From positions 94,988 through 158,987 of the forward strand of contig CABZIW010000001.1 in NCBI GenBank assembly GCA_902526005.1: a DNA stretch of 64,000 nt, read 5' to 3'. This document shows positions 18,534 to 28,548 of this stretch, piece after piece. Both the position numbers and the translations under genes were made by a program. The stretch is from an uncultured Pelagibacteraceae bacterium. GTDB taxonomy: Bacteria; Pseudomonadota; Alphaproteobacteria; Pelagibacterales; AG-422-B15. Every line of letters starts with the position of its first letter. The stretch's first letter is position 1. The notes under the pieces were generated by a model that worked only from the letters and a program-made list of their open reading frames with translations, was not told where the DNA came from and searched no databases.

Positions 18534-20249
18534 CTAGTCGGTAAATAATCCCAAGAATTTTAGAAATTCAAGTTTTCCACCTTCTACTTCGATCGTGTTA
18601 TTTGCTAGGAGAAGAGAGATAGCAGCTACATTTTTTAGACCGGCAAATACTTCCTTAAGAGTTTGTTGATCAGTGATGACTTTAACTTCAGCACTAGAAT
18701 CTGGTATTTTACTTAATTGGGCTACTCCTTTTCTTATATGAATAGTGTATACTTCTTCGCTATCGATAAATCTAAATTCATATTTTTTTGTTATTTCAAC
18801 AGATTTATCCGCGTTAAGATTTACGGGAAGTGACTTCATTATTGCTTTCATTGGTGTGGCCTGTAATTGTTCAGACGTAACACTATTCGGAGTTGATGGA
18901 TTTACATCAATTTCATCCCTTAATTCACCTGCAACTGTTTTATAAAAATAGTAATCGTTAGATGCAAGTTGAAACTTGGCTAATTGATCAGCTGCAGCAG
19001 CTTTTATATTTTTGGCTTGTGTATTGTTTGCATCAAGTGCGATTAACATATCTGATAATTCCAAGGCCCACTGATATTCTCCATTATCGAGAGCATTTTG
19101 TGCCTCATCAGATATTTTAGTTTGCCTTTGAGCCATAGCTTCTAATTTTTGAGCTCTCTCTTCAACAGTCAGAGGATGAAGGTCAGATATGTTTCCACTA
19201 AACCAGCCAATATAACCACTAAATGTTGATCTAACATAAGATGATATAGATCCATAAAAAGGTTGTAAGTATGGAGACTCAGCTAGGTGCTTTGGTAATT
19301 TTACTTTTTGCACAATCTCATCAGGCGTTAATCCTTTATTTGCATATCTTATAGTTTGGTCATGAACAAACTGAATGCCATCTCTATAATCAGTGAGAGC
19401 TTTTTCTACATTTTCTTTTCCACTTATAGGACGCGAGTGACTTGGAACCAGATGCTCTGCATTAAGTAATCTGATTTTATCGAGACTATCGACCCATTCC
19501 ATAGGATTTCTAAATTTTGTTCCTCTTATTGCGTATAAATTTGCAAATGATCTATAAAAATTATCACCAACCATCACAGCTTTTTTCTTAGGTATCCACA
19601 CATATAGATGATCATCTGTCTCACCAGGCACATGTGCTAAGACAAATGTAAGATTATCAATTTCAATAGTTAACTCATCATCAAAAAGTATAGTTGGTCT
19701 GACAAGGCCAAGCGTTTCTTGATCATTAATTTCTAAAAACCCTCCAATGCCTTGATGAACTATTTCTTCCTCGGGTAGAGGTATTCCAAACTGCCTTGCC
19801 GATCTTTGAAAGATTATCGGTCTTATAGTTGTTGCTATATTATCTAAATTATAAATTATATTTTCTTGCGCATATATTTCTGTTTCATTTTCGTTATAGA
19901 AAACAGTTGCACCACCAAGATGATCTAAATGATTATGAGTGTAAACGATAGCTACAATTGGTTTTTCTGAAATTTCTCTAAAATCTTGATATAATTCTTC
20001 CGCTCTTTCAACAGAACCCAATGTATCAACAATGACTAAACTGTTTTCCGTTTCAATCATAATTGAGTTCGCAAGGCCATATCCTACACCAACATAAATA
20101 TCCTCGGTTACTTCAATTAAATCCTTTTTAAATTCTTTTTTATGCTCCTGAGACAATCCTTGATCTGAGCTAAATGTCTCATTAGACTGGTTTTGATCAC
20201 CACATGAAACCAAAAAAGTAAAAAAGAAAAAGCTTATTAATATTTTCAT
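18534..20249 (-). CDS. metallo-beta-lactamase-fold alkyl/aryl-sulfatase lipoprotein (SdsA1/BDS1-like)
   Basis: Lipobox FLVSCG. MBL motif YTHNHLDHLGG. Central dimerisation-like region and C-terminal SCP2-like domain. At 571 aa, length and architecture fit type III alkylsulfatases. Confidence 0.8.
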   Translation of the reverse strand: MKILISFFFFTFLVSCGDQNQSNETFSSDQGLSQEHKKEFKKDLIEVTEDIYVGVGYGLANSIMIETENSLVIVDTLGSVERAEELYQDFREISEKPIVAIVYTHNHLDHLGGATVFYNENETEIYAQENIIYNLDNIATTIRPIIFQRSARQFGIPLPEEEIVHQGIGGFLEINDQETLGLVRPTILFDDELTIEIDNLTFVLAHVPGETDDHLYVWIPKKKAVMVGDNFYRSFANLYAIRGTKFRNPMEWVDSLDKIRLLNAEHLVPSHSRPISGKENVEKALTDYRDGIQFVHDQTIRYANKGLTPDEIVQKVKLPKHLAESPYLQPFYGSISSYVRSTFSGYIGWFSGNISDLHPLTVEERAQKLEAMAQRQTKISDEAQNALDNGEYQWALELSDMLIALDANNTQAKNIKAAAADQLAKFQLASNDYYFYKTVAGELRDEIDVNPSTPNSVTSEQLQATPMKAIMKSLPVNLNADKSVEITKKYEFRFIDSEEVYTIHIRKGVAQLSKIPDSSAEVKVITDQQTLKEVFAGLKNVAAISLLLANNTIEVEGGKLEFLKFLGLFTD

Positions 20250-20295
20250 GAATTGATTATTGAGTAATAAGTAGTGAAATATTTTCTACGAAAAA

Positions 20296-21171
20296 ATGAA
20301 AAAATACAACAATGAAATTTTTGGTGCAATTTGTCTTCTAGCAGCTGGATTTTTTTTAAGTTTTGGTGGTTTGCTTATCAGGCTTGTAGATGATGCAACT
20401 ACAATGCAAGTAACTTCCTACAGATCGATTACATTTTGCTTAGTAGCTTTAATTTATATATTAATAAAATTTAAATCTGAAACACCCAAGGCCTTTATTA
20501 ATATTGGTAAAGACGGATTATTACTTGCTGTAATTTTAGCACTAAGTAATATTTTTTTTGTTTTTGGGATGAGTAATACTTCAGTTGCAAATGCAGTTTT
20601 TTTAATGAGCACTGGACCTCTTTGGGCTGCCTTAGCAAGTTATTTCTTTTTAAAAAAAATTGTTGGTACGAAAACTATTGTTGCAATAGCAGGGTCGATG
20701 ATTGGAATCTCAATTATGTTTTCCCAAGGATTTGAAACAGCTAACAGTCTTGGAAATTTAATTATACTTGGTGTTCCAATTTGTTTTGCATTACAGCTCA
20801 CATTAATTAATAGACGGTCAAGTATAGACTTTATGCCATCAACTTTTCTATCTGGTATATTGATTATTATTGTTGGCTTATTGATTATTCAAGATCATTC
20901 AATAAGTACGAGAGACCTGTTGCTTGTCTTATTTATGGGTGCATTTCAAGTAGGTCTTGGTTTTATGTTTATTACAATAGGATCTCGCTATATTCCACCG
21001 CACCGAGCAGCTTTATACATTCTATTAGAACCTATCTTAGCTCCAATTTGGGCATGGGCTGGTGTTGGAGAAAAACCTCCTATGATAGAATTGCTGGGTG
21101 GCCTGATAGTCTTTGCTTTTGTAACGTGGAGGCTTATAGATGAATTTATTGAGAAAGAAAAAAATAATTAA
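20296..21171 (+). CDS. EamA/DMT-family permease
   Basis: 291 aa, about 10 TM helices, two EamA-like halves. Confidence 0.8.
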   Translation: MKKYNNEIFGAICLLAAGFFLSFGGLLIRLVDDATTMQVTSYRSITFCLVALIYILIKFKSETPKAFINIGKDGLLLAVILALSNIFFVFGMSNTSVANAVFLMSTGPLWAALASYFFLKKIVGTKTIVAIAGSMIGISIMFSQGFETANSLGNLIILGVPICFALQLTLINRRSSIDFMPSTFLSGILIIIVGLLIIQDHSISTRDLLLVLFMGAFQVGLGFMFITIGSRYIPPHRAALYILLEPILAPIWAWAGVGEKPPMIELLGGLIVFAFVTWRLIDEFIEKEKNN

Positions 21172-21710
21172 TTATCGGCCAAGTTTTTTTGAATAAAAAA
21201 TGCTTGTGAGAAAATGAATATGAAAGTAAGGCCCATAATTCCAAATAATTTGAAGTTTACCCAAACTGCATCAGAAAAATTTCGATAAACTATTTCATTG
21301 GCGGCTGCTAAGAATAGAAAAAAATAAGCCCATCTTTTACTTAATTGGATCCACCCATAATCAGTAAGTTTAATTGCGGTACCCATTAGAGACTTTAATA
21401 GTGGCTTTTTAAAATATAAACCTCCAAATAATACAAAAGAAAAAATGAGATTAACTAAGGTAACTTTAAATTTAATAAAAAAGGGATCATTAAAGTAAAT
21501 TGTTAAAGCCCCAAAAATAAATATTAAAATAGTACTAAACAACAGCATTGGAGAAACTTTGCGGTCTATAATGTAAGACCCTACAATTGCAACTCCTGCA
21601 GCAATCATTAGAGGTAGAATTGCTTCTTCAATTTTACCAGTCTTGATAAAAAAATAAAAGAATACAACAAGAGGGCCGAGCTCAAATACTTGTTTTAGTG
21701 AACTTCTCAT
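21168..21710 (-). CDS. yciB: intracellular septation protein A family membrane protein
   Basis: 180 aa, 5 TM helices. N-terminus LKQVFELGPLVVFFYFF and overall layout are typical of YciB/IspZ. Confidence 0.75.
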   Translation of the reverse strand: MRSSLKQVFELGPLVVFFYFFIKTGKIEEAILPLMIAAGVAIVGSYIIDRKVSPMLLFSTILIFIFGALTIYFNDPFFIKFKVTLVNLIFSFVLFGGLYFKKPLLKSLMGTAIKLTDYGWIQLSKRWAYFFLFLAAANEIVYRNFSDAVWVNFKLFGIMGLTFIFIFSQAFFIQKNLADN

Positions 21711-21720
21711 TAAATTAAAT

Positions 21721-22083
21721 TTAGTTATGTTTTGTCTTAGAGATATATTTTCCGTTTTTTATTCCAGTAAACATCTCTTCAACAAGTGGATGTGAAACAG
21801 GATCATCTGTTTCATCTGGTAATAAATTTTGTTGAGAGACATAAGCAACATAAGAAGGTTGGCTGGGTGCTTCGGCTAACAAATGATAAAAAGGTTGATC
21901 CTTTCTAGGCCTTACTTGTAATGGAATAGATTGATACCATTCTTCAGTATTATTAAATTCTGGATCAACATCAAAAATTACTCCTCTAAAGTCAAAGTAC
22001 TTATGCTTTACAATAGAACCTATTTGAAATTTTGCTTTATTAATCATCAATAAAGAGGTTACTGTATTCGTGATGAAATTCAA
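21721..22083 (-). CDS. hspQ: hemimethylated-DNA-binding / heat-shock protein HspQ (YccV domain)
   Basis: FQIGSIVKHKYFDFRGVIFDVDPEF...EEWYQSI...QPFYHLLAE matches the YccV/HspQ core. Confidence 0.8.
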   Translation of the reverse strand: MNFITNTVTSLLMINKAKFQIGSIVKHKYFDFRGVIFDVDPEFNNTEEWYQSIPLQVRPRKDQPFYHLLAEAPSQPSYVAYVSQQNLLPDETDDPVSHPLVEEMFTGIKNGKYISKTKHN

Positions 22084-22109
22084 GTATCGAAATTTTATTT
22101 ACGAAATAA

Positions 22110-22709
22110 CTATTTAACTAAGTTACTTAATACTTCGTATTTAATATACCCTGGATAAATCGAATCATTAATCACAGATGCAGGAGTTCCTCTCAATCCT
22201 AAGCTTTTTGCTAATTTAAAGTTTTCATTTATCACAGAATTTTCAGTTTGATCCAACGCCTGATTAAAAATTTTCTCACCATCAAAATTGTTTTCATTTA
22301 ATAGAGTAATTATTGAGTCTTTTTTCATTCTTGGTCCAAGTTTCATTAGTCCATTATGAATGTCAAAATACATATCAGGATAATTATCCCAAATAATTAG
22401 TGCAATTTTTGCAGCGGTATCTGATATGTCACCAAAAATTGGCCATTCAAGATAAACAATTTTAACATTTTCTGACTCATTTAATATTTTTTCAAAATCT
22501 TTTGCCTGTTTTGCACAATAGCCACATCTATAATCGAAAAATTCTACAACTGTAATTTCTGCATCACTGTTTCCAACTGTTGGGAGAGCGCTCGCTTCGT
22601 GATTTCGAAGGATGAAACTTGCAAGATTCTGGTCATCTTGTGCATATGCTAAAGTTGAGATAGTCATTAGAAGTGTGGTGATTATAAATATATTTATTCT
22701 TTTAATCAT
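22110..22709 (-). CDS. DsbA-family periplasmic thiol:disulfide oxidoreductase
   Basis: Signal peptide, thioredoxin-fold active site FFDYRCGYCAK (CxxC), DsbA-like helical insertion. Confidence 0.8.
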   Translation of the reverse strand: MIKRINIFIITTLLMTISTLAYAQDDQNLASFILRNHEASALPTVGNSDAEITVVEFFDYRCGYCAKQAKDFEKILNESENVKIVYLEWPIFGDISDTAAKIALIIWDNYPDMYFDIHNGLMKLGPRMKKDSIITLLNENNFDGEKIFNQALDQTENSVINENFKLAKSLGLRGTPASVINDSIYPGYIKYEVLSNLVK

Positions 22710-23398
22710 AGTTTCTCGTCGTATTTTTTTAAAGCTGCTGTAGTACCAAGATGTAAAACATTTTTATTGAATTTGTAGCCTTTGATCAAATTTTTTGAAA
22801 TTAAATCATCCCATACTTGATTAATTGAAAAAACATTACTTTTTAAGTCTTTGAATGCTTCTTTTCTAATAATCTGAGCACCATTAAATACGTAGCCTTT
22901 ATTAGTTGTATCATTATATCTTTGTATATAGTCATCTTTTGTAAATGAAAAATCACCTTTACCATCATAGCCACTTATAAGATTTATCGGCGTTAGAGCA
23001 AGTAACGACATTGTATCTTTTGGAAAATTCTCTATCATTTCTCTGAAGAAGACAGTGTCTTCATCTTTCCATAAATTGTCACAATTTAAAATAAATACAT
23101 GTTCTATTTTATTTTCATCCATAATTTTTTTTATTCCACCACCAGTATCCAATAGGCAATCTGTCTCATCAGAAATTTTGATTTTTGGATTATTTAGATT
23201 TTTTAAATACGAGATAATTTGATCAGATTTGTAATGAACATTTATGAAGATTTCCTCAAAGCCTAACTCCTCCATAATATTTATTGAATATTCTATAAAG
23301 GGTTTTCCTTTTACTTCAATCAGTGGCTTTGGTAAATCCAAAGAATATTCTCTTACCCTTTTACCTAACCCTGCAGCAAGAATAATTGAAGACTTCAT
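22706..23398 (-). CDS. murU: nucleotidyltransferase, MurNAc-alpha-1-phosphate uridylyltransferase-like
   Basis: N-terminal ILAAGLGKRVRE...PKPLIEV (NTP-transferase G-loop). It lies immediately downstream of the amgK-like kinase and tsaE, a conserved alphaproteobacterial arrangement. Confidence 0.7.
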   Translation of the reverse strand: MKSSIILAAGLGKRVREYSLDLPKPLIEVKGKPFIEYSINIMEELGFEEIFINVHYKSDQIISYLKNLNNPKIKISDETDCLLDTGGGIKKIMDENKIEHVFILNCDNLWKDEDTVFFREMIENFPKDTMSLLALTPINLISGYDGKGDFSFTKDDYIQRYNDTTNKGYVFNGAQIIRKEAFKDLKSNVFSINQVWDDLISKNLIKGYKFNKNVLHLGTTAALKKYDEKL

Positions 23399-24378
23399 AA
23401 TTGAAGCCCTTTTATCTGCAACTCTTCAATCCATTTCTTCATATCAAAAAACAATGATGATTTTAAATTTGATTTAATAAAATTAAAAGTTGCAGGAAAA
23501 TACTTTAAATATGTTTCTTTTCCATCTCTAATCGAAAGTCTACTAAATATCCCAAGAATTTTTAGGTTTCTCTGGAGAGAAAAAAAGTTGATTTCTCTAA
23601 GAACCATATCATAATTTTCATTCGTCATTTTAATATAGTATTTAATTAATTCTTCTTTTTCATTTTCATTTAAGGGCATGCGTACGTCCTCCAATAGCGA
23701 AGCAAGGTCATAAAATGATGAACCTAATAATGCATCTTGAAAATCTATCAAACCAACTTGTTTCAGAGGCTCCTTATGATCCTTTAGAATTAAATTATCA
23801 ACGTGAAAATCTCTAAGAACAAGAGTATCGTTTTGAGATTTTATATTTAAGAAAGCTTGTTGTAAAATTTGATGAAATTCATCTCTTTTTTTATTGCTTA
23901 TCTGCATTCCAAGTTTTTTCTCAATGAACCATTCAATAAATAAAATTGACTCTCTATATAGCTCCTCAAAGTTATAAGTTTTTAGTTTATTTAAATAAGA
24001 TTTATTTTGATGGGATTTAATTTTTATATCTATTAGAACATCAATTGCTTTTTTATATAAATTTTTTTTATTTTCTTTATTTATATGTTTAGAAAAAACT
24101 TTATCTCCAAAATCCTCTAGAAGAATGAAACCTTCTTTGTTATTTACATCTATTATCTTAGGAGCGCTTAAATTAAATGAATGAAGTATCCTTGCAATTT
24201 CTGAAAATTTTGAAACTGACTCACCCTTTTCAGGCGCTGCATCCATGGCTAGGATATTATTTTCTAATCTATAATATTTTCTGAAAGATGCATCACTTTT
24301 AATTGCAACTAAATTTTTAGAAGAGATTTTCTGTCTCTCTAAATATAATAATAGCTTCTTGAAACGATTATCCATCAA
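23395..24378 (-). CDS. amgK: aminoglycoside-phosphotransferase-fold kinase, anomeric MurNAc/GlcNAc kinase-like
   Basis: APH-fold catalytic loop LVLRDFHVDNLIL and DFQDA. Overlaps both tsaE and murU. Confidence 0.65.
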   Translation of the reverse strand: MMDNRFKKLLLYLERQKISSKNLVAIKSDASFRKYYRLENNILAMDAAPEKGESVSKFSEIARILHSFNLSAPKIIDVNNKEGFILLEDFGDKVFSKHINKENKKNLYKKAIDVLIDIKIKSHQNKSYLNKLKTYNFEELYRESILFIEWFIEKKLGMQISNKKRDEFHQILQQAFLNIKSQNDTLVLRDFHVDNLILKDHKEPLKQVGLIDFQDALLGSSFYDLASLLEDVRMPLNENEKEELIKYYIKMTNENYDMVLREINFFSLQRNLKILGIFSRLSIRDGKETYLKYFPATFNFIKSNLKSSLFFDMKKWIEELQIKGLQL

Positions 24379-24817
24379 TTTTTAAATTTTTAAACCTACC
24401 AAATTTTTTTATGTCAACATTACGATTATTATTTTTTAAAATTTTAAATATAATTTCTATTCGATCTGATGGAAGAATTTCTTTAAATTTATCAGACCAT
24501 TCTATTAAACATGCATCGTCAAATGTAGACTCCATAAAATTTAACTCAACTAACTCTGAAGCTGAATTTAGTCTATAAAAATCAAAATGATTAATTTTAA
24601 TATTTCTATGTTCATACACCTGCAATAAGGTGAAGGTTGGACTTGGTATTTCTTTTATTTTTGCATCTTTTAAATACTCTTGAATAAAATACCTACTGAA
24701 TGTGGTTTTTCCAGATCCTAAATTACCATTAAGACAAATTACTATATTGCTACCTTTAGAAAACTTGGCTAATTTTTTAGCAAAAAGTTGAGTATCCCTC
24801 TCATTTTTCAGAAGCAT
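24368..24817 (-). CDS. tsaE: tRNA t6A37 biosynthesis ATPase TsaE
   Basis: 149 aa, P-loop GNLGSGKTTFSR, PTFTL and HFDFYRL motifs. Confidence 0.85.
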   Translation of the reverse strand: MLLKNERDTQLFAKKLAKFSKGSNIVICLNGNLGSGKTTFSRYFIQEYLKDAKIKEIPSPTFTLLQVYEHRNIKINHFDFYRLNSASELVELNFMESTFDDACLIEWSDKFKEILPSDRIEIIFKILKNNNRNVDIKKFGRFKNLKIDG

Positions 24818-24844
24818 AAATAAACTCTAACACTAAAATAAAAT

Positions 24845-26137
24845 TTAGTATCGATAAGCTTCAGGTTTATAAGGACCCTCTGGAGTTACACTAATATAGT
24901 CAGCTTGGTCTTTGGATAATTGTGTAAGTTTAGCTCCTACCTTTTCTAAATGGAGACGCGCAACCTTTTCATCCAAATGCTTTGGAAGTACATAAACTTT
25001 TTTTTCATAATTTTCCGAATTATTCCATAATTCGATTTGCGCTGTTACCTGATTTGTAAATGAAGCACTCATCACAAAGCTTGGATGGCCAGTAGCACAG
25101 CCTAAATTTACTAGTCTTCCCTCAGCTAATAAAATAATTCTTTTTTCGTCCGGGAATGTGATTTCGTGTACTTGTGGCTTGATCTCATCCCATTTATAAT
25201 TTCTAAGTGCATCAACTTGAATTTCGTTATCAAAGTGACCAATGTTGCATAAGATTGCTCTATCTTTCATATCTCTCATGTGGTCTGCGGTTACAATATC
25301 TTTATTTCCCGTGGCAGTAACAACTATATCTGCTTCCTTGATCATTTCATCCATCAATACAACTTCATAACCCTCCATTGCTGCCTGTAATGCACAAATT
25401 GGATCTGTCTCGGTAACCATTACTCTTGCACCACTTTGACGTAATGAAGCTGCGCTTCCTTTTCCAACATCACCAAAACCAGCAACAATAGCAACTTTAC
25501 CTGACATCATAACATCAGTTGCTCTTTTAATGCCGTCAACTAAACTTTCTCTACACCCATACAGGTTATCAAATTTAGATTTAGTAACTGAGTCGTTCAC
25601 ATTAATAGCTGGCACCATTAACGTTCCATCACTCTCCATTTTTTTTAACGCGAGTACACCCGTTGTTGTTTCCTCAGAGAGACCTTTTACCTCTTTTAAT
25701 AAGTCATTATATTCTTTATGCATTAAACTTGTAAGGTCACCACCATCGTCAAGAATCATATTTGGTTTCCAACCCTCTTTACCTTCAATCGTTTGTCTTA
25801 CACACCACCAATATTCTTCTTCTGTTTCACCTTTCCAAGCATAAACTGGTATACCTGCTTTGGCTATTGCAGCTGCGGCATGATCTTGCGTTGAAAATAT
25901 GTTGCACGATGACCATCTAACATCCGCGCCTAATTCTACTAATGTTTCAATTAGCACAGCAGTTTGTATGGTCATATGAAGACAACCGAGAATTCTTGCT
26001 CCTTCCAGCGGTTTTTTCCCATTGTATTCACTTCTTAATGCCATTAATCCTGGCATCTCTGTTTCAGCAAGAGAAATCTCTTTTCTGCCAAAATCGGCAA
26101 GATTTATGTCTGCTACTTTGTAATCTTCGTTTGCCAT
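24845..26137 (-). CDS. ahcY: adenosylhomocysteinase
   Basis: 430 aa. Motifs [23 protein letters not shown]-binding [18 protein letters not shown]-terminal YRY. Confidence 0.95.
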   Translation of the reverse strand: MANEDYKVADINLADFGRKEISLAETEMPGLMALRSEYNGKKPLEGARILGCLHMTIQTAVLIETLVELGADVRWSSCNIFSTQDHAAAAIAKAGIPVYAWKGETEEEYWWCVRQTIEGKEGWKPNMILDDGGDLTSLMHKEYNDLLKEVKGLSEETTTGVLALKKMESDGTLMVPAINVNDSVTKSKFDNLYGCRESLVDGIKRATDVMMSGKVAIVAGFGDVGKGSAASLRQSGARVMVTETDPICALQAAMEGYEVVLMDEMIKEADIVVTATGNKDIVTADHMRDMKDRAILCNIGHFDNEIQVDALRNYKWDEIKPQVHEITFPDEKRIILLAEGRLVNLGCATGHPSFVMSASFTNQVTAQIELWNNSENYEKKVYVLPKHLDEKVARLHLEKVGAKLTQLSKDQADYISVTPEGPYKPEAYRY

Positions 26138-26188
26138 AGATCATAAAATATAGGTTATATAAAACATTAATCAATCTTAATATTTAAT

Positions 26189-27709
26189 CTAATCTGCCAG
26201 TGGTAGATTAACAACGAACTTAGCGCCTGCTGTGTTTCCGTCATCTGTAATGTTATCTGCAGATATATAGCCATCATGAGCATCAATAATTTGCTTAGCA
26301 ATACTCAAACCTAAACCTGAATGGCTTTGATTACTTTGATTATCTCTGAAAGAATAAAACCTTTCAAAGATTCTTTTTATATTTGGATCCTTAATTCCAG
26401 GACCCTCATCAGCAATTGAAACGCTTAGATAGTTTTCAGTTGACGATAATACAATTTCTATAATTCCACCATTTGGAGAAAATGAAGCAGCATTCATTAC
26501 TATATTGTCAAAAGCTTGATAAAGAAATGATCTTTGGCCATTAACCCAAAGACTTTGATTTTCATTGGCAATAAATTTTATATCTAATTTGTTGGAAAAA
26601 TTTTCTTTATAATTATGAATTAAATCATCTAAAAGTTCCCTAATATTGAAAACATTTGACTGACTTTTGTATAAATTAACTTCATCTTTAATCATCGACG
26701 AATAATCAGTGATAATATTTTCAATTCTCGAGATATCACTTAAGATTAAGTCTAGAAATTTTTTCTGATCATCGTCTAACTTATCATTGATTACGTCAGT
26801 CGCCATTCTTATGGATGCAAGTGGATTTCTTATCTCATGCATTAAGTCAGCTGAATTATTTTCTGCATTATCTATTTTTTGATATAAGTTTTTAAGCATT
26901 GTATTAATAATTTTTGAAAGTTGACCAATTTCGTCTTCTCTTCTATCAAGTACAGTAATTAAGGGTTTTGATTTAACATCTGCATCTACATTTTCAGCAG
27001 CTTTTGCTAATTTTTTTATTGGCTTAAGAATTATGAAATTTAGAAAAAAAGAAAAAAGAATAAGGCTAAATGCAATTGCTAGACCAGCCAAAAGTACATT
27101 AAACCTAATTTGATTATTAATCCTTTGAATTACAGTATTATCTTCATAAGCAACTATATGAAAGATATCATCATTTAGATTCACAGGTAAAATTGAAAAT
27201 AGTTCTAATTTTTTATTTTCATGTGGGATGGAAAAACTACTTTTAATTCCTATTTTTGAGTTATTATGTTTTTCAATAAAAATTTCATTTTTAAGAAATT
27301 CTCTAAATTCAATAGTTTTTTTATTTGAATTCAAAATTTTGTTATTATTGGGATATTCACCAAGCTTTTCAATCTCAATAAGCGGACTTGCATTAATGCT
27401 ACCTGAAGCAACATCATATCCTTTAGTATCAATAACCACATTTCCCTCATTATCTAAAATTAATATAGATAAATTTTTAATCTCAAGCTTAGACAAAATA
27501 GCATCGTATATAATTTGAGAGTTATTATTTCTGAGAAAATTTGATGAATTTAAAAAATTATAGATTATTAAATTTTGATTATCGATTTCCTTAAGTCTCT
27601 TATTCAAATGGTAGTTATTTAAAACAACTATTAATACTGTAGTTGCTATAGCTAGCAGAACTAGTCCTAGTAAATTGTAAAATAAATATTTTTTTAATAA
27701 ACTGTTCAA
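26189..27709 (-). CDS. chvG: ChvG/ExoS/BvrS-type sensor histidine kinase
   Basis: Two TM helices flank a periplasmic domain, followed by a HAMP-like linker, H-box LMHEIRNPLASI, and N/G boxes (NAASFSP, DEGPGI, GLGLSIA). Directly downstream of chvI and opposite pckA. Confidence 0.75.
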   Translation of the reverse strand: MNSLLKKYLFYNLLGLVLLAIATTVLIVVLNNYHLNKRLKEIDNQNLIIYNFLNSSNFLRNNNSQIIYDAILSKLEIKNLSILILDNEGNVVIDTKGYDVASGSINASPLIEIEKLGEYPNNNKILNSNKKTIEFREFLKNEIFIEKHNNSKIGIKSSFSIPHENKKLELFSILPVNLNDDIFHIVAYEDNTVIQRINNQIRFNVLLAGLAIAFSLILFSFFLNFIILKPIKKLAKAAENVDADVKSKPLITVLDRREDEIGQLSKIINTMLKNLYQKIDNAENNSADLMHEIRNPLASIRMATDVINDKLDDDQKKFLDLILSDISRIENIITDYSSMIKDEVNLYKSQSNVFNIRELLDDLIHNYKENFSNKLDIKFIANENQSLWVNGQRSFLYQAFDNIVMNAASFSPNGGIIEIVLSSTENYLSVSIADEGPGIKDPNIKRIFERFYSFRDNQSNQSHSGLGLSIAKQIIDAHDGYISADNITDDGNTAGAKFVVNLPLAD

Positions 27710-27736
27710 CTCTTTTATTTTAAACAGAAATATATT

Positions 27737-28435
27737 TTATTTCCATTGATATCCTGAACCATACAATGTGTGAATAGCATTAAACTCTGGATCTATTTTA
27801 CGAAATTTTTTTCTAATCCTTTTTATATGACTATCGATTGTCCTATCATCTACATCAAGTTCATCATTGTAAGCTATTTCCATCAGCCGGTCTCTGGACT
27901 TAACAATACCTGGCCTTTCGACTAATTCTTTTATTATTTTAAACTCTGTTGTAGTTAAATCTTCATCGAGTTGAACTTCTTTCCACTCACAAGAATGTCT
28001 TAGGCAGTCCAGTCTCAAATTACCATGTAGAATTATTTCATTTACATTTTTACTATCAGAATCAATTTTTACTCTATTTAGCGTATTTTTAATTGTTTCA
28101 ATTAAAATCTCCTTAGAAAAATTACCTCCTTTTGTGACATAACCATCGACACCTTGCATTAAACCTTTCAACTTATCTGCTTCTTGATCTTTTGATGTAA
28201 GAAATATTACTGGTATTTTAAGTTTTTCTCTTATCTTTCTAAAAAGCTCGTAACCATCCATGCGCGGCATCTTTATGTCAATTACAGCTAAGGCGGGGGG
28301 GTATCTAAACATCCCATTTAAAGCAGATTGACCATCAGCATAAGTATGAATTTCAAATTCTTCTTTTTTCAGTAGCTCTTCCAAGGAAATCAAAATATTT
28401 CGGTCATCATCTACGAGTGCAATTAAAGTCTTCAT
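27737..28435 (-). CDS. chvI: OmpR-family response regulator ChvI/BvrR-like
   Basis: Receiver domain LVDDDRNILISL...DIKMPRMDG and winged-helix C-terminus (TIDSHIKRIRKKF...GYQW). Divergent from pckA, as in Rhizobiales. Confidence 0.8.
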   Translation of the reverse strand: MKTLIALVDDDRNILISLEELLKKEEFEIHTYADGQSALNGMFRYPPALAVIDIKMPRMDGYELFRKIREKLKIPVIFLTSKDQEADKLKGLMQGVDGYVTKGGNFSKEILIETIKNTLNRVKIDSDSKNVNEIILHGNLRLDCLRHSCEWKEVQLDEDLTTTEFKIIKELVERPGIVKSRDRLMEIAYNDELDVDDRTIDSHIKRIRKKFRKIDPEFNAIHTLYGSGYQWK

Positions 28436-28459
28436 ACTTCCATTTATTAATAATGAGTT

Positions 28460-28476
28460 ATGGCATTAAAATGGCA
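28460..28476. promoter_or_regulatory. direct repeat ATGGCA-N5-ATGGCA in the chvI/pckA divergent promoter region (candidate response-regulator site)
   Basis: ATGGCAttaaaATGGCA has an 11-bp period, one helical turn. It lies 25-41 bp upstream of the chvI start. Confidence 0.3.
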
Positions 28477-28548
28477 GAAAATCATAAAAATATAACTAAC
28501 AGGTATATTAACTTTGTAAATATTTGCCCTTAACATAAATGTAATTAT

